64,000 nt of DNA from a virus, in IMG/VR virus record IMGVR_UViG_3300009073_000004. The stretch is one strand, 5' to 3'. The position numbers and the translations under genes are program-made. The notes under the pieces were generated by a model. It was given only the letters and a program-made list of their open reading frames with translations, did no database searches and had not been told where the DNA came from. Positions 26,121 to 33,100 of this stretch are shown in pieces; position 1 is the first letter of the stretch; every line of letters begins with the position of its first letter.

Positions 26121-26442
26121 TGATGTCTCCGGTTCTGTCGTAATGATTCATGATTCGTCTCCATGGTTCAGCAATCTCATCCCAGGTTCCGGTCTTTCCT
26201 TTGCTGGCATGATACCAGTGGAGGTTCTCGTCGATCAGGGTTTGGAGGAACTCGCTGAAATGACATGTCACCTCTCGCTCGTAGCGAGTCTTGATCACGA
26301 TGGTTTCACCTTGGATCTGGATCTCTGCTGTGCCTGATTGGTAGAAGTCATTGACCACATACCCGTTCGGCATCACGAGGATTCGTAGGTAGAATTTGGA
26401 AAGTTCTTGAAGAACTCTTAGAACTAACATTTCTGTATGCAT
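26071..26442 (-). CDS. hypothetical protein (123 aa)
   Basis: Start at Met30 of the track ORF, just after the upstream stop. Confidence 0.5.
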   Translation of the reverse strand: MHTEMLVLRVLQELSKFYLRILVMPNGYVVNDFYQSGTAEIQIQGETIVIKTRYEREVTCHFSEFLQTLIDENLHWYHASKGKTGTWDEIAEPWRRIMNHYDRTGDINAEGKREPEPESEPVV

Positions 26443-26446
26443 GGTA

Positions 26447-26749
26447 TTAAGCTTTCTTCTTCTGGTACTTTGGCCATACCACTGCCCCAGGATAGACAGC
26501 TTGGAACGGGACGGTATGGAATGCAGCACGGAGATCAGCTGCTATGCCCAGCTCGACCTTCTCGCATGACATTGTCCAGAGGCTGAACGGTCCAGCTTTG
26601 AGAGAAGGTTTTCTGATTGGTTCTCCCATGGATCGAGAGAAGCCGAACTGAGGCTTTGCCCATTGGAATGGGATGAAATCGATCTCGACTCGCCATCCGA
26701 ATATGGCTGCATAGACTTCTATAGATAGATATTTCCACTTCTTTAACAT
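26447..26749 (-). CDS. hypothetical protein (100 aa)
   Basis: ORF track. A purine-rich RBS region lies upstream. Confidence 0.5.
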   Translation of the reverse strand: MLKKWKYLSIEVYAAIFGWRVEIDFIPFQWAKPQFGFSRSMGEPIRKPSLKAGPFSLWTMSCEKVELGIAADLRAAFHTVPFQAVYPGAVVWPKYQKKKA

Positions 26750-26879
26750 ACTTCTTTCTCTTTCTTAGGATTAAGTCTACGTCCAGTCAAAGTTGAATGG
26801 AATAGAGATTTTAGGATCCAGTCTGAACTTTGGAGGATTCAACTCAAGTTAACTCTCAAAACCCCCGGAAGGCCACCGA

Positions 26880-26896
26880 AGGCCGCGTTAGCGGGC
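26880..26896 (-). promoter_or_regulatory. weaker fourth copy of the GC-stem/GTTA-loop hairpin
   Basis: AGGCCGC-GTTA-GCGGGC shares the GG-NN-GC-GTTA-GC-NN frame with the other three copies. It lacks the CAT trinucleotide and has only 4 contiguous base pairs. Confidence 0.35.
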
Positions 26897-26950
26897 AACG
26901 GTGCCACCAATAAGAACAGGAACAACGACAAGAACAAACAGAACACTAAG

Positions 26951-27106
26951 TTAATCCTCAATATGAACTTTGTTCTCATCTCCCAGAATCTCTGATTCCA
27001 GCAGGTATGTCTCCTGAAGGAACAGCTGTTCGAAGTGTCTATGATCTGGAGGGTTGTCGATCAGATCCTGGATCCAGTCATCTGGCCAGTTAACTTTATT
27101 ATCCAT
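26951..27106 (-). CDS. small acidic protein (51 aa), below the ORF-track cutoff
   Basis: Hand translation: MDNKVNWPDDWIQDLIDNPPDHRHFEQLFLQETYLLESEILGDENKVHIED. GGAG lies upstream. Confidence 0.4.
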   Translation of the reverse strand: MDNKVNWPDDWIQDLIDNPPDHRHFEQLFLQETYLLESEILGDENKVHIED

Positions 27107-27171
27107 AATTTGAACTCCTTGAGCTTGCTTGGGAAGACGCCAAAAGAGAACTAAGCTGTTCTATCTATTGA

Positions 27172-27208
27172 ACTAAAAATGCCCAACCACCTGATTAGGT
27201 GATTGGGC
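27172..27208 (-). terminator. rho-independent terminator after the 155-aa early gene
   Basis: 12-bp stem GCCCAACCACCT / AGGTGATTGGGC (one mismatch) with loop GATT. The minus sense is followed by ATTTTTAG. Confidence 0.7.
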
Positions 27209-27219
27209 ATCTTGGTATC

Positions 27220-27687
27220 TTAGCCGAAGAGTTCGTCGGCCAGCTCTTCAGCCGACTTGGTATCGCCGGATGCATCGTCTTCGGAGACCTCGGCCTGGAC
27301 CTTATACATGCTCACGGAGAGCTTGACGGTCTTGCCTTCGCCGTCTTCGAGCTTGTCGCCCTGAACGTGCAGAGCGTCGATGATGGCGTTGTGGCGAGCG
27401 ATACGGGTCTTCTGCTTGTCCGAGGTGTTCGGATAGGTGGTCATACGCTCGAACGCGGACAGAGGGATGCCCTTGGCGAGGCGGAAGAACTCGGTGGTGG
27501 TCTCACCGTCTTCTCCGACGACTTCGAGGTTGAAGCCGATGTTCATCCAGAAGTCATCCTTGATGAACTCGTTGCCGTTGCGATCGGTGCCGGTACGCTG
27601 GTTGCTCTGGTTCGAAGTTTTCGAAGAGCCGCCACGGGTACGGCCAGCGGTGTTCAGAACGTCGTTGTTTTTACGGTTACGTGCCAT
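27220..27687 (-). CDS. abundant early protein (155 aa) with a basic disordered N-terminus and an acidic C-terminal tail; possible ssDNA-binding / RNAP II cofactor (N4 gp2-like role)
   Basis: Start at Met21 (MARNRKNN...), with AAAGGA upstream. It has its own hairpin promoter and terminator. Codon bias is strong: in the first 30 codons Asn is 6/6 AAC and Arg is 4/4 CGT. The tail reads ...SEDDASGDTKSAEELADELFG. Confidence 0.7.
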   Translation of the reverse strand: MARNRKNNDVLNTAGRTRGGSSKTSNQSNQRTGTDRNGNEFIKDDFWMNIGFNLEVVGEDGETTTEFFRLAKGIPLSAFERMTTYPNTSDKQKTRIARHNAIIDALHVQGDKLEDGEGKTVKLSVSMYKVQAEVSEDDASGDTKSAEELADELFG

Positions 27688-27748
27688 GGTGATAGTTCCT
27701 TTCAGAGAACAGTATGTTGGTTTCAGCGTCTCTTGATTGAAACGCATA

Positions 27749-27764
27749 GGGCGCGTTAGCGCCT
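27749..27764 (-). promoter_or_regulatory. candidate vRNAP early promoter hairpin
   Basis: GGGCGC-GTTA-GCGCCT preceded by CATA on the plus strand, 62 nt upstream of the ATG at 27687. Confidence 0.55.
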
Positions 27765-27811
27765 CTCTCAGTTAAGACAGATAGTTCAGCAATTTACAGA
27801 AGTTCCAGATA

Positions 27812-27937
27812 TCATTCAGATTTCTGGGATAATTTGCGGGCATCAGCAAGTTCCTTACGGAGCCTCTGATCCCGGAGATGTTGATCATGGTTGAACAACA
27901 AGTTGAACAACCGCTCGTACCAACGCTCGACGATCAT
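27812..27937 (-). CDS. possible small ORF (41 aa)
   Basis: Hand translation: MIVERWYERLFNLLFNHDQHLRDQRLRKELADARKLSQKSE. ATGA overlap with the upstream small ORF. Confidence 0.3.
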   Translation of the reverse strand: MIVERWYERLFNLLFNHDQHLRDQRLRKELADARKLSQKSE

Positions 27938-28086
27938 GCCCAATCCTCTGCGAGCATGGTGTTCCAGCTGTAGGTCTTGGGATACTCGATCAGGAGATAT
28001 GGAGAGCAGGAAGTTGGGACAGGAGCCTCAACTTCAGATTCAGGGAACTTGAAGAGTTCAGTGAGATCAAGTGTTTCAGTGAGCAT
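27934..28086 (-). CDS. possible small ORF (50 aa)
   Basis: Hand translation: MLTETLDLTELFKFPESEVEAPVPTSCSPYLLIEYPKTYSWNTMLAEDWA. It starts 10 nt after the upstream stop. RBS is weak. Confidence 0.3.
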   Translation of the reverse strand: MLTETLDLTELFKFPESEVEAPVPTSCSPYLLIEYPKTYSWNTMLAEDWA

Positions 28087-28095
28087 GTTGATATC

Positions 28096-28332
28096 CTATC
28101 TACGGAGAGATGCGAGAGCAGCATCAAAGTCTTGATCGATCTGATCAAGGTTGATGTCTGTCTCAGGGTCATCACGGAGAGCTTGCTCTCGACGAGCAAG
28201 ATCATCCAGCTGTTCAGGGATGGTGATATTGGCAGGCTTCTGAGGTCTATCAGCGGGCCTATGATCCTTCTGTTCGAGGTGAGTTTTGATGAGGCAGTAA
28301 GCGATGAGGACGATGAATGCGAGGATGAGCAT
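28096..28332 (-). CDS. small signal-anchored, Pro-rich early protein (78 aa)
   Basis: Start at Met40 of the track ORF: MLILAFIVLIAYCLIK... then RPADRPQKPANITIPEQ. Confidence 0.45.
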   Translation of the reverse strand: MLILAFIVLIAYCLIKTHLEQKDHRPADRPQKPANITIPEQLDDLARREQALRDDPETDINLDQIDQDFDAALASLRR

Positions 28333-28342
28333 GGTATTGTTT

Positions 28343-28603
28343 CTACTTTCTTTTCTGCATTTCAGCATACATGGCATCGACATCTTTACGGATGTTGATG
28401 ATGTTACAACGGGAGCCGAGAGCTTTGCTGTGACGAGCATAATCAGCAAGTTTGCGGTCGATGTTGAGCTGGGTCTTACGAGCTACCTTGTCGGTATATG
28501 CCTGAAGCTCAGCATCAGCCTGAGCCTGTTGCTCAGGTGTTGGAGGCTTGTAAAAGCAGCCGGTGATGAAGACGAAAGCGATGATGGTGAGAGCGATGAT
28601 CAT
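28343..28603 (-). CDS. small early lipoprotein (86 aa)
   Basis: MIIALTIIAFVFITGC (lipobox ITGC) followed by FYKPPTPEQQ and a helical region. Confidence 0.55.
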   Translation of the reverse strand: MIIALTIIAFVFITGCFYKPPTPEQQAQADAELQAYTDKVARKTQLNIDRKLADYARHSKALGSRCNIINIRKDVDAMYAEMQKRK

Positions 28604-28646
28604 GGTGATGATCTCTTCTTTCCTGGTTTAAGAGTTGATGAATTGT

Positions 28647-28871
28647 TTACGTTTTGTTCCCGACCCTCTCAATTAAAGATTTAGATTTCTCTTTCTCAAG
28701 ATCTTCTTGGAAAGTTAAAATCGCCCGATCAATAGATAATCTGCGATTGGTAGCTTGAACGATGATTGGATCATCAGGTTTGGAGGATAGTGTTGAGTCT
28801 GTATCCCGTGGTGATGTGGTCATGATTGGTGTCCAGATGAGAGGGATGTTGATAGTGCAAAGTTGTAGCAT
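28647..28871 (-). CDS. hypothetical early protein (74 aa; alternative start 28823)
   Basis: ORF track. It is the first ORF downstream of the hairpin at 28901-28916. Confidence 0.45.
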   Translation of the reverse strand: MLQLCTINIPLIWTPIMTTSPRDTDSTLSSKPDDPIIVQATNRRLSIDRAILTFQEDLEKEKSKSLIERVGNKT

Positions 28872-28900
28872 GTTGGTGAGAATGTAGTGATCTTGTCATT

Positions 28901-28916
28901 GGAGGCGTTAGCCTCC
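28901..28916 (-). promoter_or_regulatory. candidate vRNAP early promoter hairpin
   Basis: Perfect 6-bp stem GGAGGC-GTTA-GCCTCC, preceded by CATT on the plus strand. Confidence 0.55.
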
Positions 28917-28963
28917 TCTACTATAGTATAGAGATGTACTCTCTCTATCTTATGTGTATGTGT

Positions 28964-28996
28964 AAAAAAGCTGACCCCACAGGTTTCCCTGTGAGG
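28964..28996 (-). terminator. rho-independent terminator after the first early gene
   Basis: Minus sense: CCTCACAGG-gaaa-CCTGTGGGG stem (6 bp, a mismatch, then 2 bp) followed by TCAGCTTTTTTAC. Confidence 0.6.
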
Positions 28997-29003
28997 CTGT
29001 AGC

Positions 29004-29282
29004 TTATTCTTCTTCGGTGGATGTGAAGTTGTTCATGATGGATTCGAAGTCTTTGTCGACTTGCTCGGAGTCTACGTTGGTCTTGCTGAGCTTCTTGGTA
29101 CGCTTGTCGTACATGGCGATCTTCTCTTTGATCTCGGTACGGGTTTTTGCAGAGCCTGCGAGCTTGGAGGATGCATATGTGCGTTGGCTGTGATCTTCGA
29201 TGACCTTGGAGTAGTTGCTCATGCTGGTGATGAAGTCAGAGATGGAGACGAAGATGGTGCTGATGAATGCGAATGGACCCAT
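29004..29282 (-). CDS. first early protein (92 aa), N-terminal hydrophobic segment
   Basis: ORF track. CAGGAG lies 9 nt upstream. MGPFAFISTIFVSISDFI... Confidence 0.6.
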   Translation of the reverse strand: MGPFAFISTIFVSISDFITSMSNYSKVIEDHSQRTYASSKLAGSAKTRTEIKEKIAMYDKRTKKLSKTNVDSEQVDKDFESIMNNFTSTEEE

Positions 29283-29328
29283 GATGTGAGTGCTCCTGGT
29301 ATGGTATGTGAGTCATGATTAACTCATA

Positions 29329-29344
29329 GGGGGCGTTAGCCCCT
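29329..29344 (-). promoter_or_regulatory. candidate vRNAP early promoter hairpin (outermost)
   Basis: GGGGGC-GTTA-GCCCCT preceded by CATA on the plus strand, 47 nt upstream of the ATG at 29282. Confidence 0.55.
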
Positions 29345-29360
29345 GAATGTGTAATGAGCC

Positions 29361-29410
29361 GGGGGGGTGGGTTTGGTGAAGGTGGCCACCCAGACAGAAC
29401 CCCCCACCTC
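29361..29410. repeat. long imperfect inverted repeat centred on the perfect 10-bp palindrome GGTGGCCACC (29381-29390), bounded by G7 and C6 runs
   Basis: Hand pairing of 29361-29385 against 29386-29410 gives about 16 Watson-Crick pairs plus 2 wobbles out of 25. Confidence 0.6.
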
Positions 29411-29485
29411 TGACGTTAATTATATAAATCTCATGCACTAAAATTTTGTGCTTCTGCACACTACTATTTTTCACCTCTGTCGTTA
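29405..29485. repeat. 14-bp direct repeat CACCTCTG(A/T)CGTTA, two copies (29405-29418 and 29472-29485)
   Basis: 13 of 14 identical, read directly from the sequence. Confidence 0.6.
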
Positions 29486-29499
29486 CATATATAGATATC

Positions 29500-29541
29500 T
29501 ACTACTGCAAAATTACTACTTTCTCCATACTACTTTTTTCT
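29500..29541. repeat. three tandem 14-bp iterons, each starting TACTACT (29500, 29514, 29528), plus CACTACT at 29459
   Basis: TACTACTgcaaaat / TACTACTttctcca / TACTACTtttttct, with exact 14-bp phasing in an AT-rich non-coding stretch. Confidence 0.6.
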
Positions 29542-29601
29542 ATCTTCATAGGATTTTTGATTTATACAGATAAAGAGAATCTGCACATAGGAGAACAAAA
29601 C

Positions 29602-29961
29602 ATGGACAATAATATGAGTGGGGAAACTCAGGCTATATCGGATGATCAGTTCAAGAGGATGATGTCTATGCGGCCATTTGATCCTGAAAGGGATCAGCCG
29701 ATTGTCAATGAAGATGGATCTCTTACTACTGAGTTGACTACTACTTCTCAGTTAGAAGATGGGAGTTGGGTGAATCATCCTACGGTTTGGTTCGATGATG
29801 AAGGGAGAGGAAATCATCTTTCTGAAGATGAGAGTAGAGAGATTGTGAAGATGAGAGAGGCTTTTGGGAATGAACCTTATCAGAGGTTCAAGAGTGTGGA
29901 AGAGGCTGTGGAAGCGGCCAAGGGCAGATCAAATGCAGATGGGGGGTATAATAACAAATAG
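29602..29961 (+). CDS. hypothetical protein (119 aa)
   Basis: The ATG at 29602 is preceded by AGGAGAA. The 52-codon upstream extension in the track ORF (TTG start) runs through the iteron region and looks non-coding. Confidence 0.6.
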   Translation: MDNNMSGETQAISDDQFKRMMSMRPFDPERDQPIVNEDGSLTTELTTTSQLEDGSWVNHPTVWFDDEGRGNHLSEDESREIVKMREAFGNEPYQRFKSVEEAVEAAKGRSNADGGYNNK

Positions 29962-29979
29962 AGTATAGAGGGTATACCT

Positions 29980-30000
29980 TGTGGATAACTCTGTGGATAA
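29980..30000. promoter_or_regulatory. two perfect DnaA-box 9-mers in direct tandem
   Basis: TGTGGATAA (29980-29988) ctc TGTGGATAA (29992-30000). This is the reverse complement of the consensus TTATCCACA, with 12-bp phasing. The sequence match is certain; the function is unknown. Confidence 0.6.
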
Positions 30001-30095
30001 GTTATTATTTGATTCTCAGAGTTATCATACTAATACATATAAAGATGGGTCTGAGTATAGTGGGCGAAAATATCTGTATACGGAGTGTTTGGGTA

Positions 30096-30133
30096 TAAAA
30101 AATCCCCTCCCCTGCACGAGGCAGAGGAGAGGA
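30096..30133 (-). terminator. rho-independent terminator of the fibre gene
   Basis: Minus sense: TCCTCTCCTCTGC-ctcgt-GCAGGGGAGGGGA (11 of 13 paired) followed by TTTTTTATACC. It lies 37 nt after the fibre stop codon. Confidence 0.7.
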
Positions 30134-30163
30134 GAAAAAGAGAGAAGAGAGAAAAGAGAGAGA
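30123..30163. repeat. 41-nt uninterrupted homopurine (GA) tract
   Basis: agaggagaggagaaaaagagagaagagagaaaagagagaga, checked base by base. Confidence 0.85.
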
Positions 30164-30169
30164 CTTATA

Positions 30170-33100
30170 TCAGTTTACGATAACAGTCCAAGAGCGACCA
30201 AGAAGAATTGTTCGATCTGCATCCCCTACAGAACTCGGTGCAGGGTTGGTGCCTCCCAGATCGACTGTTCCTCCTGTTGCACCTCCAGCAACAAGTTGTT
30301 TAAGGATTGCATCAACAGCAGCTTCTGTCTGAACACAGTTCTCGAGATTGAGAGTAACCAAGAGAACATTGATTGGTGCAGTTGCTGTCAGGTCAGATGA
30401 ACCTCCATTGTTATTGAGTTGTAAACTTGTAAGAGTTGCAGGAAGTTTACTTATATCTCCGGTAAGAGTGATGTCAGTGTTGTACCAAGGTGCGGCTGTC
30501 AGCCGTGGAGGAAGGTCTGCACAGTCACCTGTCAGACTACAATCTGTGTTTCCACACATGAGAACTTCAACAGACCGGGGGATATGTTTGAACGGTCCTA
30601 CCAATGTGAAGGAAGAAGGTTCAAGCTTCAGTTCGACGACACCACGAGGAACAGCAGATGCTGGAAGATCCTCATCAAAAGATGGAGTTGTTGCGACACC
30701 AAATTCCCAGAACAAGTTGTCAGCACCTTCATAGAATTGAAGGCTCAGCATCCCTGTTCCGAAGACACCAAACTTGAATCCTGGATCATTGACCGCAACA
30801 GTAGATCCTCCGACATAAAAGAAGTGGATACCTGTTTCAGTCATATCGATACTGCTTGTGCTCTGGGTAATCGTCCCAGAAGGAGCGATTACCAGACGAG
30901 GACAAGAGTTGTAGTTATCGGGATACCAGCGACATGTGTTAGTCCCATCACAATCACAAGCAGCAACAAGAGTATAGATGACGCTGCTATGAATGATCTG
31001 CTTGGAAGGAGTGTATCCTGTGATCTTAGCCAGATCACCGGCATAGTACCTTTCACGTTCAACCTGGAAGTTGTACTTATCAGGATTCTCGACAAACTTA
31101 AAACCAGTAGCTTCAGAGTTCAAAACTACAAATTTATCAGCACTGTCGGTAAGATCATCAGGGGTATCCATGAGATCAGTGAAAACACCAACTCCGGCAG
31201 GGTAGATTCCCAGAGGTTCGTTGGGCGGGGAGAACTCAGAAGTATAACGGGCAATCCCAGTCGTGATACGAACAGACTGGAAGTAGCCGTGGAAATCCCC
31301 ATCGACCCCAGTAGGCTTGGTAGGAATACCACCAATCCGAATGTACCCATCATGGTTCCCAGTCGGAGTGACTGAGCTGGAGTTTATACCTTTGTCTCCT
31401 CTGACATAAACGGTATAAATATTACCGCTTCTTATGATCATTACGTGATTCCAATTTTCAAAGTTCACGGACAATGAAGACTGACATCTGTAAGTGTCGT
31501 CGATATAAAGCTTGAGGATCCCGTTAGCTTCAATGGTCAGATACCAGTCTGTATCCTGCCCGATGACATATTGAATCTCTCCATCTTGCCAAGGCCACAT
31601 CATAAATTCGATGGTGTGGTCATTTACAAAATCATCGTATTCAGTGCCGAGGGTCCAGTACCAATCAGAGGTGCCTTGGATATCCAGCCCACCGCCATAG
31701 AGCGTTTGAGCAGGGTTCTGGTCAGCCGAACCTGTTCTTCCCATGGTTCTCTTACGAGGGGAAAGATCAGGAGGAACGATAGAAGTTGTAGTGACAGTAG
31801 CACGAGGCTGAAGAAGAAGTGTCACATTTTTAAGATGCTTATCCATCTCGACCGTATCACCGGACGCGAAGATAATTTCATCTTCATCATGGTTCACTTT
31901 TACAAGTTTCCCTGCACTCTTATTGTAAGTAGAAGGTGCATCAGGGATAGAAAGAATAGAGTTGATACGAGCATCTCTTTCAGGAAGAAGTTCAGTGTGA
32001 GGTGTGAAGGAAGCTGTGTACCGGCAAACACCAGAAGTGAACCGGAACGATTGGATATAACCTCTCCAGCCATTCGAATTGTTGGAGATGCGAAGAGCAC
32101 CGTAACCACCGAGTTCAAAAGTACCAGAAGAAGTATCTTCCAGAACTCCGTCGATGAACATGCGGAGGACACCATCTGCATCCATGGCCCATGCGAGGTG
32201 ATACCATTGGTCGATCACCAGAGCAGTGGAGTTGGACACCATGGCATTACCTTTGGCATCATCAAAAGTCAGAATGCCATTGGCTCCCCGGATGTCAAAG
32301 CGATCGAAAGCCTGAATCACATAATCGAGCGAATCCCAGTCATTTGCATTGAACCAACCTTCAAGAGTGAAAGGCCCAGTACAATCGAAAGCATCATAGT
32401 CCGAGAAAGTGATGGAATCACTTGAACCGGCAGTCTCGAATGCAGCTCCAAACTTGGTTTTGGATATGGAGATGCCAAAACCTCCAGTCAGAGAATGCTG
32501 GTAGTTTGACTTGTCTACAACACTATCAGTTGCTGAGACAGGTTGGATCAATGCTGTAACAAAGGGCCAGTACGGATCTTCTGACATAGCGGGTGCAGGG
32601 ACAATCTTAAAACCATCCGAAGAAGGATTTACGACCAACTGAGATCCGGTACGATTTGTGATCGGCCCAGCAACATCCGACAAACCAGTGAGAGCAGCTT
32701 TGACGTTTATCCCATTCTCGTATTGAGCAGTGGGAGGCACAAAAGAAGTGTCATTCGAATAGAGGCAAGTGTTGGGAAGCAAGATAAGATCCTGGATCCA
32801 ACCATTGAGATCTGTAGAAGTGTTTGCCCTGTGATTACCCACAAAGAAAGTTGTGTGTCCGGCAGGAATTGTGATTGCGGTCGAGTAAGTGTCTTCCAAT
32901 ACGCCATCAATGAAGAGACGAATATTGTCAGAATCATCTCGAGCCACAGCAATGTGATACCACTGATCTGTGGACGTGGCAGTAGTGCTGGTCAAGATGA
33001 GAGTGTTGTCGATGTAGAAGCGAATCGCATCCCCAGAAGTGGAGCGGTAAAGAAAGAAGTCTTCTTCTCGACCAGCGATACCCATCGTGGAATCAGCACC

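Noticed and set aside
26071-26130. Programmed frameshift joining ORF 26071..26442 to the downstream zinc-ribbon frame at the GGAAAAAG run
   Set aside because: The required shift is +1 (or -2), not the usual -1. The zinc-ribbon frame has its own ATG and RBS.
26761-26880. Imperfect direct repeats (TCCAGTC at 26782 and 26817; AGGAT(T/C) three times) upstream of ORF 26447..26749, considered as a middle-promoter motif
   Set aside because: The matches are short and degenerate. I have no reliable consensus for RNAP II promoters in this lineage to compare against.
27990-28205. 71-aa minus-strand track ORF
   Set aside because: It has a Ser/Leu-rich low-complexity translation. It overlaps better-supported small ORFs (28096..28332 and 27934..28086) in other frames.
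27745-29327. The conserved ATG following each hairpin, considered as a leaderless start codon
   Set aside because: The copy at 29327 reads ATG AGT TAA. The copy at 28899 opens a His-rich ORF in a different frame from the plausible gene. Conservation is better explained as part of the promoter or initiation site.
29446-29601. N-terminal 52-codon extension (TTG start) of the 171-aa track ORF
   Set aside because: It runs through the iteron/AT-rich non-coding block and encodes Phe/Ile/Tyr-rich nonsense. A good RBS precedes the internal ATG at 29602.
29981-30400. 139-aa plus-strand ORF starting with a GTG inside the first DnaA box
   Set aside because: Its sequence is dictated by the homopurine tract (RRGEKERREKRER). 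It overlaps the 3' end of the fibre gene and has no RBS.
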